64,000 nucleotides of DNA from an uncultured Verrucomicrobiota bacterium (GTDB taxonomy: Bacteria; Verrucomicrobiota; Kiritimatiellia; CAIQIC01; Lenti-01), in NCBI GenBank assembly GCA_964399775.1, contig CAYNSH010000002.1, positions 2,556 to 66,555 of the forward strand, in the 5' to 3' direction. Shown here piece after piece: positions 39,301 through 54,300 of this stretch. The notes under the pieces were generated by a model. That model did not search any database. It saw only the letters and a list, made by a program, of their open reading frames with translations, and was not told where the DNA came from. The translations under genes were made by a program, and so were the position numbers. Numbering within the stretch: the stretch's first letter is position 1; each line of letters starts with the position of its first letter.

Positions 39301-42300
39301 CAGGGTGCCCGCCTGTCGCAGCGTCGGGGCCTTGGTGCCGTACAGGGTTTGGTTCCACAGGGCGTCCGTGAACGTCCACGTGCCCCAGTCGGCGTCTTCA
39401 ACCGTGCCAGACAAATAGGACCCGCTGTTGTTGGCGACGCTGTCAAAGGTCTCCGTCAGGGTCTGGATCCCGCTGTCGACGGCCTGGAAGTTGACTTCGT
39501 TGATCATTTCGATGCCGTTGGCGCTGACGGCGGTGACGCGCGCGGTGTAGAACCCGAGCGTAGCGGGATAGAACGGAGGCGGAACGCCCTCGAACACGTG
39601 GCAGGTCTGCCCTTCGATCTCGACGGTGCCGACCAGCGAGAGCGGCACATCCTCGACCGCCATGGAGCCGTCCGGATAGATCAGGTCGAAGGAGGCGCCA
39701 ACGGGCTGCATGCCCACCATCTGGTAGATCGTAAAGGTCGCCAGGAGTTCTCCATTGGCGCCCGCATGGTCGGTCACCACGTTGGGCGTCGACAGGAAGT
39801 CTTCCAGCACATAGTCGACGATGACCGGCGGCATGGTTTCCGGGTCATAGCAGTTGCCGGAGAGCGGAACCGTCAGGGCCGGATCGTTGGCGGAGTCGTT
39901 GTGCAGGACAAGGGTCCAGTTGAAGGTGCCGCCGCCGACGGGCATGAAGGAGATGGTCACCTCGGCGGAGTCGTTGGCCGGCACGACCAGGTCGGCGCGG
40001 TCCGCCTCGAAGAAGGCGAATCCGGTGCCGATGAACTCGAACTCGGAGATGGTCAGCGCCGTGTTGCCGTGGTTGTGAACGGTCAGCGTCAGGTTCGAAG
40101 TCAGGCCCACGCCCACCTGGCCGAAGTCCAGCGAGGTCGGCTCGACCTCGATTTCCCCGGCCAGGATGCGGAAGAAGTACTGGTTGGAGGTCGACAGGGA
40201 GTCGCCGACCCATTCCAGGTCGTAATCGGCGCCGGCCAGGCCGAGGACGTACTCGCCATGGCCCAAGGAGGCCTTGGGCACGTCCACGGACTGCGAAATG
40301 GCTTCGGACTGTCCATCCCCGTCTTCACTGCCATTCAGGTAACCGGCGGCTACGACATCCGTTCCCAAACGCAGGCTGTAGTGATGGCTGGCGGCCAGCA
40401 AGCCGCTGCCCGTGTCCTGGATGTTCCAGGTGATCGGGAGTCCTTCCGCCGGAATGTCCCAGAAGAGGATTCCGGGGCCCGGCGTGCCGGCCGTGGGCGC
40501 GGTTCCGTTGACGCGCACCAGGGAGATGACCGGCGCATCGACATCATCGTCCTCCACCGTGATCCACATGGGCAGGCCGAGGGCACCGTCCATGTCGTGC
40601 CAGCCCAAACCATCAAAGGTGTCGATTGGCAGGGTCTCCCATTCCAGCGCGTTGTAGACCGGGGCGTTGGCGGTGACGAACGACCGGCGGCGCAAGGTAA
40701 GGTTTTCGCCGAAGTAGCCGCCGCTGGGGCTGGAGCCGATGGCGTCGATGGGGACTTCCTCGCCTAGGCCCTTCATCAGGAAGATCGAGTCGTCGCCGTT
40801 GAAGTTGCAGACGGCGGTATTCAGCCAATCCGCTCGGGCCAGCAAATCTTCATCGGCGGCGAGTTCGTGGACAATGACAAAGGTTCCGCCGGGCCCGAGG
40901 ATGACATCGGGCAATTCGGTATAACCGCCCCATCCCGTACCATTGTTGGCCTGGAAACGGATACCGTAATTGGTCAGCACCACGCCGACGCCGGTCCCGT
41001 TATAGATTTCAATCGCCTTGTTATTGCTCGATCCTTCGACGTATTCGGTGAAGAAGAGATCCGGGGTGGTGACCACGCCATCGGCGGTATACATCGTCTG
41101 GGTGGCGCCGATCAGGTTCGAGGCCATCATCGTTACCTGGAGCAGATAGGCGTCGGACGGCGGCGCGGGCCAGTGGCCGGTGCGGATCTCATCCGACAAC
41201 CGGACGGTCATGCCGTCCGCCGATTCCCACAGACTGAACGGCTCATCCTGCACGACGTAGCCGCCCTCGGGGTCGAGGATGTCGTAGGAGGCGCTCAGGA
41301 TGCCGCGGACATGAAAGACCTCGGCGGCGACGGAATAGACGCCGGAGGTGACCATGGCGTCGGTGAGCCAGCGGCCCTCGCCGACCTCGTAGGTCTTGAC
41401 CTCGGGCAGGTTGGTGGAGACGGTCGGCACGCCCGTGCCGACGATCTGGATCGGGTACGGGTTCACGCCGGAGTTGTTCTGCACCCACAGCGTGGCCTCG
41501 TAAGGCCCCACGTTGGTGGGCCAGAAGGTGACGGATACGCTGTTGCTTTGCAGGTAGGTCAACATGTCCGGGAACCGGTCGGGGCTGAACGTGAAGCTCT
41601 CGGCGTCGAGCCCGTCGAGGGTGATGGCCGGATCGTTGTCGATGAACAGCGGCACGTTGTCGCCGCCACGATTGGCGATCCAGACCGTAATATTGCTCGA
41701 GAGCGTGGATTCCACCTCGCCGAAGTCGATGATCGGCGGAGTCGGGATCAGGCCGGGCTGGCCGATCAGTTCGGGCCAGATGCTCGACACGCGGATTTCA
41801 TCCCAGATGGCCCCGCCCAGCCAGCCGTCGTCGCTGCCGCCCTTGAGCTCGATGGCGGTGAACTGCTCGATGCCCATGCCGGACCAGACCGCATCCCATT
41901 CATTCAGGGCCGGCTCGTTGTACGGAATGTCGTTGCCCTGATAGAAGCACTTGGCGTAGGCCGTGCCGCCACCCTCATCAAAGTCGTACTTGATGACCAT
42001 CCAGTACCAGTTGTCGGTGCCGCCGGTTTCGTCCCAGCCCTTCATTTCGTACATCGACACGTCGCCGTTGGCATTGTTGCGGCGAATATCGAAGTAGTTT
42101 TGCCGGCCGTATACCTTGCCGAATTCGATTTCGGTGTCGTTCCCGTTCATCAGGCCGATGGTCATGTACTTGTCCGTGCCGTGCCACTTGTAGGCCACGA
42201 CGGCGCCGACGAAGAGGGTTCCGCTGTTGGTGGTGGTGATGGTGCGACGGGCGGCGTTGTGGCCCGTGCCATTGGCTTCCAGCACCGCGCGGTTGCCGAC

Positions 42301-45300
42301 CACGGTCGGATAGTTCGACTTCGTTTCGGCGAAGACCGGCAGCCCGGACACGCCGTTGGTCTGGACGGTCCAGCCATGGCCCTCGCCGGCGGTCGAGAGG
42401 CTCCAGGCCCCCGTCCACTGGTGGCCGCCGGACTTGTTGGTGAAGCTGCCGACGCTCAAGGTCACGTTCGTGTAGGAGAAGGTCTCCGAATACACGTTCT
42501 CCGGATAGGGCATGGTGATCAGCGGGGTGCCGAAGATCAACCCGTCGGAGTAGTACCACGTCACCGGATCGCCGTACTCCTGGATGCTGTAGAACCGGTA
42601 GTGATTGGTGGTGTTGGCGAAAATGACATGCTCCTGGAAGCCGGGGGCGGGCCCCTTGTACACGATGGTCGCGTCCCCGATCGTCGTGCCTTGGGTGTAA
42701 TTGGTATGGGGCCCGGGATGGGTCAGGATGGGCCCGGTTGTCGAGTGCAGCACCAGCATCTCATCGCCGGCCAAATTGGCCGTGATGGAGGCCCGGACCA
42801 TTTCGCGGCCGTCCAGCCGCAGGGAACCCACTTCGGGCGCATCGATGGGAATGCGAACCCCCATGGCGGAAGCGCTCCAGTCGCTGGTGCTTTCGCTGGT
42901 GGAATTGGTGGCCAGCACCCAGTAGTAGTAGAACCAGCCCGGCACGGCGGACTCGTCATCGAAGCTGGTTTGGTCCGCCGCAACCGTCCCGAGCCAGGCC
43001 GCGGTCGCGGGATCGGGGTATAGGCTGCTCCAAATGGCATAGCCCGTCTCGCCGGGGCCGTCGGTCCAGGATACAACCACTTTGTCCAGATGCACTTCAT
43101 CCGTGGCCGCCACGCCGGTCACGACGGGCAGCTTACGGTAGCCGGTGTCCGGATCGCTCGGCAGGCCGGCCCCGTTCTGGTTGGTGGCGACAATCCAGTA
43201 GTGGTAGAGTTGGCCGGGCACCGCCGTGGTATCCAGCGCATTGGTGACATTCATGCCGCGGGTCTGGATGTGCTCGGCCTCGCCGAAGACATCGGATGTG
43301 CCGCGATAGAGGTAATAGCCTGTCTCGGTCAGGACGTCCGTCCATTCGAGTTCGACGTGGTTGGTGCTGGTGCCGTCCGAGGCGGTCACGTTCAGCGGGG
43401 CGCTCGGGGGGTCTTCCGTGGTGATGACCGGTTGGGTTTCCGAATTGGCGCTCACGCAGCCGCCGTCGCTTTCCGCGCGCACGCGGTAGTAATAGGTCAC
43501 GTCCTGTTCCAAGCCTTCGACGAGCTGGCTGGTCCCGTCCACGTAGAGGTTTTCGTAGCCGTCCACGAAACTCGAGGCGACGGCGACGCCGGTAATCTGC
43601 ACGTCGTCGATGGTCCAAACCTCCGCGGCCGCGTCGTTGACCGCCTCGATCTTGATGGCCAGGGTCGACGCGGAATCCGGGATGGAGATGCGCGCGGTGG
43701 CGTAGTTGTTGAGGTTCGGCCCCCCGCCCTGCGGGGCGGAGACGCTGACCGGCGTACCCGCGACGGTGGCCACCACGCCCGTGGCGTTGAAGCCCCACCG
43801 CGCGTTGTTGTTGCCCGCAAGGGTAATGTCCGGCGTCGCGGAGAAAGCGGCGCCATCCAGTGCGACGTAGATGCGGACGACGTCGGCGGCGTCGGCACCG
43901 TTGGTGTTGTTGGTGGAAATGCTGGCGATGTGTACGTTGACGGTGCGGGAGGCAAAGCCGTCGATGGAGCTCTGGGCCAGTTGCAGCGTGGCCGAGCCGC
44001 TCCGTCGCTGCCAGGAATAACTGCCGGTGCGGATACGGCCGTTCGAGGGCGAATCGGTGGGCAGATTATCGGAGGAGATGAAGCCGCTGCCGCTGTAGAT
44101 CAGCCAGTTGTCGGCCGGGGCGCTTTCAAAGCCCTGGTGGAGGAAGGCGGAGGACGTTCCCACCCCGCCGCCGGTGAAGAAGGCGTTGCTGCTGACATCC
44201 AGCCGGTAGCCCGTCGCCCCGGTGGTCGCCTCCCAGTTGGCGATGAAGCTGGTGTTCCCGATGGCGGTGGCCCCCAGGATGACCGGCGCCGGCGGCGCAT
44301 CGGTCATGTCGTCGTCATCCAGCCCGTCCGAATAGCGTCCGTCGTAGTACGAGAACATCCGGTAGTAGTAGCGGGTGCAACTGGTGAGGCCTTCGTGGGT
44401 CTGCTGCGGCTGCCCCCCCCCCACATAGGCCACCTTGCCGCCCGCAAAGTCTTCGCCCATGTCCGGCGGAACGCCCGAGGGCGACGAGAAGACGCCGGTG
44501 TCGTTGTACACGATCACGACATCCTGCCCCGCGCCGTTCAGGTAGAAGTTCAGCGTCATCGAGGTCGGCCCGGCCGATTCCACTTCAAAGAAGTCGGCGT
44601 CTTCGACCGACGGCACAAAGGCCAGGTACAGGTCTTCGTTTTCGTCGTCATGGATCACGCTGAACTGTCCGTTGTACAGCGGCGGCGCAAAGAGCGACGT
44701 GTCCACCCAGAAGCGGGCTTCATCAAAGTTCAGCACCGATTCGCCGGCGTCCATGATCTTCCAGCTCTGTTTGATGCCGGGGTTGAACCCCTCGCCGGCG
44801 CCGGCCAGGCGGATGGCGAAGAGCCCCGGGTCCGCCGGGACGCCGATGTCGCCCGAGGACACCAGCAGGTCCCAGTCCACGCCGGGAGTGCCCGTCATGT
44901 CGGCCGAAGGCATGTCCACGCGCAGGATGCCGCCATCGTTCAAGGTCACCGTCTTGGTGTTCAGGGTGCCGGCCGCGCCGACGGTATTGCCCGGATCGAC
45001 CGTACCAGAAATGGCCAACTGGCCGATGGAGCCGGCGCCCCGCAGCGTGCCGCCGGAGAAGACGCGATGGAACGAATCGACGGAAGTGCCGCTGACGACC
45101 AGGGCGCCGGCGCTGACGATCGTATCGCCCGCGTGAATATTCTCGGCCGACAGGGTCAGGGTGCCGGGGCCGGTCTTGGTCAACCCGCCGTTATCCACGA
45201 CCCCGCTCATGGTCACGAGGTTGGACACGGATACGATCCGCTGCGCGCCGGAGAGGTCCACCGTGTTGGTCAGTTGCAAGTGGCCCGAGAACGTGCCCGC

Positions 45301-48300
45301 GGCGCTCAACGCCACGTTGCCTTCGATGACGACCGGCTTGGCCACGATGCGCTCCGCGTTGTTGCTCGCGGTCAGGACCGCGGTATTCAGCATCCGCAAC
45401 GCCCCGCCGCCATCCGTCAGGTCTTCGGCCAGGCGTACGACGCCCTGGGCAATGGTCAGGCTCCCCTCCAGGGTAGACCCGCGCAGGAAGAGGGCACCGG
45501 CCCCGCTCTTGTGCAGCGCGCCGTCGTCGTCCGTCTTGGTGCCCGTTATCTGGCCGGCCTGCATGGTGAAGCTGAACGTGTTGGTGATATAGAGCGTATG
45601 CGCGCCGGCCTGGAGGTTCCCGTGGGTGGCGAAGGAGCCCGCCGGTATGGCGATGCGCGAGTCCTCGCCCAGCACCACGTTGCCGCGCCATTCGCCAAGA
45701 CCCGCGGAAATCTGCCGGATGCCGCCGCCGCCGTTGGTGCCGGTTCCGTAGAGGTAGGTCGTGACCGGCCGCCAGTTGAACGGCCCGTTCAGTTCCAGCG
45801 TGGCATTGGTGCCGACGGTGAGCGTCCCGGCACCCATGGCATTGGTGCTGGAGTTGAGTTGCAGCGAGCCCTCGTCGATGAACAGACCTCCGTTGAAGCT
45901 GTTATTGGCGGAGAGAATCACCTTGCCCATGCCGGTCTTGCGCAGGGGGTGGGCGCCCGGGCTCGAAATAACGCCGCTAACGGTAAACGCCGCATCCGAG
46001 TGGTTCGTCCAGGCCTGATCCTCATTCAGTTGGATCAGACAGGCCAGCGTATGCGCGCCGGCCGAGCCCGCATCAACGGCGATGCCCCCTTCGCTGATCG
46101 TCAGGCGGCTTCCGCTGAAGACCAGCGAGGTGTCCGCTTGATCATTGAAGCGCAGGCCTCGGACCGACTGGTTGGCCTGCAGTTGGATGTTGGCGCCGGA
46201 ATCCAGCCCGACGTAGAACGTATGGATCTTGTCGGCGGACGGCACCATGTCGCCCACCCAGTTGGCCGCGGTGCCCCAGCGCGCATCCGCCCCGCCGCCG
46301 TCCCAGACCGGGATGCCGCCGCCGGTGGTGAAGGTCAGGTACAGGTCATTGCCGTCGGCCATCACGCTGAACTGCCCGCCGTCAAGAGTTGGCGAAAAGA
46401 GCGAGGTGTCCACCGCAAAGCGGTTCACCGCGAAGCCTTCGATTGGCGACACGCCGCTCATGACGCGCCAGGCGTAATTGCTGGCGGAATCGAAGCCCAC
46501 GGGACTGCCCGCCGGGCGGAAGGTGAAGGTGCCGTTGCCTTGCACCGTGATGCCGCCGTAGGAATTGAGCAGGTCCCAATCCACGCCGGGTTCGCCCTCG
46601 ATGCTGGTCATGTCCACGCGCATGACGCCGTCGCCCGAAAGCAGGACGTCGCCCGATTCGAAGATGTCGATATCGTCGATTTCATCGCCGGGGTCCACCG
46701 TGCCGGCTACGGTCAAGTCGCCGACGGGGCCGGTGCCCATCAGGATGCCGGGAGCCACCACGTGGTGATGCGAATACGGGGTGGCGCCGCGCACCACCAG
46801 GATGCCGTTGCTGATCGTGGTCAGGCCGCTGTAGATGTTGGTGCCGGCCATGATCATGGTGCTCAGCCCCCGCTTATGCAGGCCGCCCGTGCCGCTGATC
46901 TCCCCGCTCCAGATCGTGTTGCTGCCGTTGCCGCCCGTCGTCAGCCAGCCGCTGCCCAGCCACACCTCGCCCGCCCGTCCGGGCTCGTCGTCATCGCCGT
47001 CCTCCAGCGAGCCAATCGTCTGGTCGAAGTTGGACAGATTGAAGACCGCCCCCTCCGAGATCCGGAACGGGGTCGTCGGTGAAGTGGACTCCGGCAGCAG
47101 GGTCCGGAACATGCCGTTGCTGAGGTAGGTCGTGCCCACCCACGCGCTGGCGGCCGATAGCGTCACGGTGCTGGCGCTGTCCTTGATGAGGTGCCGCAGG
47201 TTCTCCAGGATGCCGTTGGACACAATGTTGATCGGGCCGTCGCTGCCGAGATAGAGGTCCTGGTTGCCGTTCATGCCGTCAATCCCGCCGGTAACGGTCA
47301 ACACGCTGTCGGCATCCGCCCGGATGCGCGCATGGTCGGCCAGCGTGATCCGCCCGGTCCAGCGGTTGCTGAACGCCACGTTGCGCAGCGCCCCGCCATC
47401 GTCAATGCCCCAGCCGGACAACGTCAACGGCTCGTTGGTATAGATGGTCGAGACAATGGGCCTCAATTCCAGCGCGCCTTCCGGCGTCACGATGGTCTCG
47501 TGCGAAGTGGCGCCCAGCGCCCAAGGCTCCTGGATGCTGATGACACCCTCCGCGATCGTCAGCGTATTGCTGAACGAATTGCGGATGCCGGCCGCCCCGG
47601 TGCCGACCAGATGGATGCGGCCCGGGCCCGTCTTCGTGACCTTGGCATCGCCCTGGATGCCGGTCGCGAACGTAAACACGTTGGTGGACGTGCTCTTCCA
47701 CTCGTGGTCGCGATGGAGCCGGATGTGGGGAATCGCGATCGTATGCGAGCCCGACGAATTCTGGATTTCCAGGCCCTGCTCCCACAGGTACATGATGGAA
47801 TTGGCCGTTCCGCCCGGGAAGCCGATGACCACGCTCTCGTGGGCCCGTTCATCGAAGCGGAGGCCGAGCAGGTCATAGCGCGCCGCGTTGGGGTTGAAAT
47901 GGATCGGATTGCGATTGATGGTCTTGTAGAACACGACCACTTCCACGCCTTGGCGCGGCAACTGATCGCCGACCCAGTTGCGGGCCTGGAACCACTGCTG
48001 GTTGCCTTCGCCGTCCCACACCGGCTGCCGGCCGACATCGAACAGGTTGGTCCAGTTGTTGGCCACGCGGATTTCATCCCACTTCACCGTACCCGGGCCG
48101 GTGGTTCCCCCCGCCGCCAGGCGCAGGCCGTAAATGTCGGTGGAGGCCAGATCGTTCATCCGGTACACCGCGTGCCAGTTGGCCAAGGCGGGTTCATCCG
48201 TGGCCGCCGGCTGGATGATGTTGGTGGTCGCGTACCGCAACAGGTACACGGTCTTGGTGGACTTGACCATCTTGGCCACATAAGTGTAGTCCAAACCGGC

Positions 48301-51300
48301 CTCGACCGTCAGGGCGGTGTTGCTGGAGTTGCCGCCGGGCAGGCGCTGGATGCCCGCGGTGGCGCTGCCTTCGGGCAGGCCCAGGCGGAACAACCGGGTC
48401 CCACCCGAGCCCAGGACATCAATGCCGGCATACGGGGCGGCGCCCGGATTCTCCACCCGCATCACCCAGCTGATGTACAGGTCCGTCGTCAGGGTGGAGG
48501 CGAAATTGCGCGTGGCCCGGGCCTCTTCATCATCGCCCACCGTGCTCTGGGCCAGGTTGCCGCCCACCATGGGGTACCCAAGCGGCGCCACCAGGCTGTT
48601 CGTTCCGATGGTGAAGGTTCCGTCGTTCACGGCCCAGCCCCCGCTCCAGCCCTGGCCGCGGTCGACCCCGTTCAAGGTCAAGCTGTTGGTCCGGGAGAAC
48701 GGCTCCAGGATCCGGCCGGCCGGGAATGTCGGCGTATAGGCTTCATAGGCGGTCACGCCCATGGAATAAACGGAATCCCCTCCGGTCCCCGCCACGGAAT
48801 GGATGGCGTAGAAGTTGGTCGTGTTCTGCGCGACTTCATGGTCCAGATTCTCGGCCAAGCCCTTGTAGATGACTGTTCCGCCTCCGACGCTGGCCCCCAC
48901 GCTGTACTCCGTGCCGTCCTCCGGGCTGCCCGTGAAATCCTCGCCCGAACGGTGCAGCAGGATCACCGGCGTTTCGCTCCGGATCCAACTCAACCGCACC
49001 ATCTCATGCAGGTCGGCGGAAACGAACAAATTGGACGGCGCGGAAATGCCCGCCACGGCCCGCAAGTCGAATGTGTAGGGTGTCTGCCCATACACGTTGT
49101 TGGGAATGGATACCGTCGCCGTGTTCGTCCCGGTGAGGGCGGACAGGAACGAAATGGTGAACGCGCCGAGCTCGCCCGGATCAATGGTCGGCGGCGGCTG
49201 TTCCGCCACGGAGAAATAGCCCCCGCCGCCGGTCACATCGACCTCCCCCAACACCAACGGCCCCAGGCCGGTGTTCTTGACCCAGAAGATCTGCTCGAAC
49301 GGGAGATTCACCGAGGTCAAGCCGAAGTCCGTTCCCTTGGCCAGAGAGGGCGTATCCTCGCCGTTGGCGATCACGGCTTCGTTCAGGCCTTGCACTTCGA
49401 TGCCCGGCATCTGGTATTCGATGTGCAGGTCGCCGCCGTACTCGGTCACGACGAAGGCAACACCATCCAGACCGGCGCCGGTCAGGCCCGAAACGTCCAC
49501 CACGAACTTTTCGCGGGCAAACCCGGTGAGATAGGGTTCGGCGGCGTCCATGATCTTCCACGACCAGGGCTGTTGCGGGTCAAATCCGGTCAGGTCCCCA
49601 ACCATTTCGATGCGGAAGGGATTCATGGCCGTGGCGTCCACTGTAATGCTGCCCGCGGAGAGGAGCCGGTCCCAATCGGTTCCCGCCACGCCGGTGATGT
49701 CCGCCATGTCGATCCGCAAGATCCCGTTGCCCGACAGATAGACATTCGATACGTTCAGCGTCCCGATCTCGTCAAAGTCTGCGCCGGGGTGAACGATGCC
49801 ATCGATGGTCAGGTCGCCGATGGTCCCGTCGCCCAGCAGCGCGCCGCCGCCGGTTACCAGGTGGGCGGATTGGGCCGACGAACCTTCCATGATCAGGAGG
49901 CCTTCATTGACGATGGTGATACCCTCGAAGGTGTTCACTCCGCTGATGGTCAGGGAACCCAGGCCATCCTTGGTCATCGTACCGTATCCGCTCATGGATC
50001 CCGCATACGTGCCGTCTTCGGTCTGCCGGAAGACCACCCAGGCGTTGTTGAGGATGTTGCCCTGAAGGCTGTCGGTGGTTCCCTCCAGCGTGCCGCCGCT
50101 GACCGTCGTTCCGCCGCCGTAGGTGCTGGTCCCGCTCAGGACCAGCAGGCCCGGACCGGCCTTGGTCAGTCCGCCGTTGGACACGTTGCCCACGAATTCC
50201 ACCCACTTGGTCACCGGATTGCTGACCGCGATCGTCCGCATGGCCCCGCCCAGATTGATGTTGCCGCCGAACGTCAGCGATCCCGTCCGCGTCGCCGCCT
50301 CGCCGAAGGACACGTTGCCGTCCAGCCGCACCGGCCGCGAAATGTCATAATCGGCCGCGCTGGAGGATTTCATCACCGTGTTGTTGCCGAAAACCAGCAG
50401 GCCGATCTGCCCCACTGCCGTAGCGCTGCCGATGCGGATTTCGCCTTCCTGGAAGTGGAAATTGCCCGTCAGGAACGGGTTGTTGCCCGTCAACTGCAGG
50501 CGGCTCGGGCCGTCCTTGATGACGGCGTATTCGTCAGCGGCATCCCGCGTGCCGACCAAGGCCCCGCCCAGGCGCAATTCGGTCGCCTCGGCGTCCACCC
50601 CCACCGCCAGCGTATGGGCGCCGATGTCGATCGCGCCGGTTGCCGCCGGTGAATTGCTGGCCGCCTGGATGCGGGCATCGGCGGCCAGCGTGATCGGACC
50701 GCGCCAGGTCACGTTGTTCTGCACGAACCGCAAGGCTCCGCCGCCGGACACGCCGGAGCCTGAAATCGTCAGCGGCTCCACATCGAAGCTGACGGCCGCC
50801 CCGGCGCCGTTCACTTCCAGCGTGGCCCCGTCGGCCACCACGGTGCCTGCGCCGGTCGATCCCAGCGCGCTAGCGCTGCGGACTTGCAGCGCCCCCTCGC
50901 GGACGGTCATCACGCCCGACCAGGTGCTATCCTCGCCGCTCAACACGATCCGGCCCGTGCCCCACTTCTGAACCGCGCCCGACCCCGTCAGCGTACCGGA
51001 CAGCGCCAGGTCCGCCGCCGAGGCGTTGGTCCAGCCCTGGTTCTGCATCAGGGCGACATCGGCGCTGATCTGGTGCTCGCCGCTCGAATCGCTGGCCACA
51101 AGTACGCCACCGCCAAAGATCGACAACCGGTTGCTGCGGATGTTCACGTTGGCCGACGCGTTGTCGGTGAAACGAACCCCACGGACGACCTGATCGCCGT
51201 CGAGGTTGATGGCGGAGCTGATGCCGTTGATGTCCTGGTAGAAAAACACGATGGAGTTGGTCAAGGGAACTTCATCGCCCACCCAGTTGGCCGGGACCGT

Positions 51301-54300
51301 CCAGTGGCGGCTGTTGCCGCCACCGCCGTCCCAAACCGCCATGTAGGGCTGGGTCGTCACCGGTTCGGTCGCGGAATTGCCGCTGGTGCAAATTTCCGAG
51401 CCATAGGCACGCACGCGGTAGTAGTAGTTCACTTCCGGCAGAAGGTTGGTCACCACCTCGCTGGAGGCATACGCCCCCTCCACGGTGCGGTCCGCATAGC
51501 CGGGGATGAACACGCCCAGGGGATCGAGGATGTTCGTCACCGCCACATCCGTAATGCCCGCGCCCACGCCGCCGGATGACAGGAGTGTTTCCAGCTTGAA
51601 CCGGATCTGGGTGCCGTCGTACGCGCTGAGGTCGAAGGGCTCCATGGCCGTCATGGTCGTGTTGACCGGGGTCCGCCGTCCCAGTTCGGTCCACTCTTCC
51701 CCATTGTTGAGCGAGATCGATACCGTAATGCGGTTGCGGAAGTCGCCGTTGCCGCCGCCGCCGAAGATGCGGGCGCGGAACGAGAGCACCTCGGACGTGC
51801 TGGCGTCGAAATCCATCGGCGGGGTGATCAGCACGGCGGCATTGGTGCGGAAGCCCAGATAGCCCGCGGACTGGATCAGTTCCGTCTCGGTCCACTCCCC
51901 GCCGGTCCCCTGCCCCAGAGTGCCGTTGTGATAGACGGCGACGTTGGGCTCGTAGTCGCCCAGGAACGTCTCGTTGGTGCTGACGTCGAGACGATAGCTG
52001 ATGGCTCCGTCCGAGGACTCCCAGTTCGCCTGGAAGCTGTTGGCCGTGATCTCGGTCGCCGGCAGGATGGTCGGCAGCTCGTCCATGCATTCGGCCACGA
52101 AGGTCACCACCTGGCCATAGGCGATGCGCTCTTCGTTCTGGGCGTAGGCGCGCACGTAATAGGTCTCGCCACCCGCCGTCGGGCTGATCAGGCTCGAGTA
52201 GCTGCCGAGACCCGAACCATCCTGAGTGGAGGAGTCTGCAATGGTCGGGCTGCCCGTTGTGTTCCAGACCACGCCGCGGACGGTCACGGCCGACCCGCCC
52301 GCGTCCAGCACATCGCCGCCACCCATGGCGGACCCCAGGATGTTGTTGCTGATGCCCAGCGTGAAGACCGTCGGCGGCACCTGCGCGCGGCGACCCAGCG
52401 CGCCCGAGACCTGGAAGTCGCTCTGGCTCTGGCTGGTGTCGTTCGTCGCCAGCACCCAGTAGTAATACTCGACGCCGGTCACGGCCTCGTCGTCGTCATA
52501 GCCCGATTCGTCGGCTTCCACCAGGCGGATCAGGTGGGTTTCGGGATCCAGTAGGGTGTAGTTATCGACCGTGCTGCGCCAGATCGAGTAGCCGGTTTCG
52601 CCCTCGCTGTCGTCCCAGGTCAGCCGGACCATGTCGTCGTAGGTGTTGTAGGAGGCGTCCAGGGGCGCCACCACCGCCAGCTTGCGATAGCCCGCGTCGG
52701 AGGTGCCCCAGAGGCCCATGCTGGCACTCTCGCTGTTGGTCGCCCGCACCCAGTAGTAGTACAACTGGCCGGGGAAGCCGTTGTCGTCGTCGAACGACGT
52801 CTCGTCGTGCGCGGCCTCGCCGATGCACTCCGCCGATTCGGGATCGCTGGTGAAACTGCGCCAGATCGCGTAGCCCGTCTGGCCGCTGCCTCCGGCCAGG
52901 CCCGTCCACGTCACTTCGACCTTGTCCGTGTACGCTCCGTCGGTGGCGGCCACATCCGCCACCACCGGCAGGCGCCGGTAGCCTTCATCGTGACCGCTGA
53001 CGTTGGCCCCGTATGCATTCGAGGCCACCACCCAGTACCAGTACAGCTTGCCCGGCACTGTCGCCGTGTCGTCGTACAGCAGCGTCGCGGACGTGAAGAT
53101 GTCCACTTCCATCGCTTCGTTGAAGGTGTCGTCATCGCCGTTGCGGAAGAGGATGTAGTGCGTCGCCCCGCTCGAGGCATCCCACGTCACCTGCACCTTG
53201 TCATCAAAGTCCCCGTCCGTCGCCTGCACGTTCGACGGACCCAGCGGCGACAGGTCACGGGTTTCCACTTCCTTCGGTTCGGAGTTCCGGCTCAGACAGT
53301 CGCCCACGCCCGCCGCCCTCACGCGGAAGTAGTACAGGCTATTGGTCTCCAGCCCGTCGACGAACTGGCTGGTGCCCGACACGTACAGGTTCGAGAAGCC
53401 CGGCAGGTAGGACGGGTCGCCGGTGATCTGCATGATCTTCCAGTTGTCCAGGAAGAAGCGTTCCGGGTTTGCGCCGAACGCAAAGATCCGAACCTTGGTC
53501 GTTTCCGTCCCGTTGGTGATCGCGTGCGCATAGGGCGTCATGTCGCCCGTCAGCGCGATCAACTCGCCGGACCGGGCGAAGGTTTCGCCGTCCGGGGCCA
53601 CCTGGATCTCTACCACGGTGTTGTCGCCGTCCCATTCGCGGGCGTCGAACGTCAGCGTGGCGAGGCCTTCGTTGGCCGACAGGTCCAGCTCCGGCGTCGT
53701 CAGGAAGCCCTTGACCGTGGTTGTGCCCAGCTTGGCCTCGCCCGCGTTTTCAAAGACCCGGTCGCCGGTCCACCCCGCGTCCGCCAGGTATTCATCGAGA
53801 TTGGCGCTGCGATCCAGCGAGCCGCCCAACGCCGTGAACCCGGCGAAGTTCTCGAAGATCACGGGGTCGTCGCTGCCGCCCTCCACGAACGAAGGATATT
53901 CACTGACATCCAGGAAGTAGTGGGTGGCGCCCGGCAGGGCATCCCACCGCGCCGTAAAGTCCGTCCCATTGGTCGGATTGGCATGCAGCCCCGTCGGAAC
54001 GGCGGTCAGGAAGCAGGTCGTCTGGAAGCTCTTCTGAGCGCCATAGACGATGCCCGAATCGTTCACGGCGTAGGCCCGGACGTAATAGAACTGGTTGGCC
54101 AGCAGCCCGGATAGGAGGTTGGTGAACGCCCCGAGCCCGCCGGTGGCATGGGTGTCCATGTCGTCGGCAATCGTCGGATTCGGGTTCACGCTCCAGACCA
54201 CGCCGCGTTCCGTCACGGGCGAGGCGCCCTGGCTGAGGACGTTGCCGCCGCCGTTGGCCGTCCCGGCCGTGATCCCGCCGAGGTCCGCCGTGGTGACCAC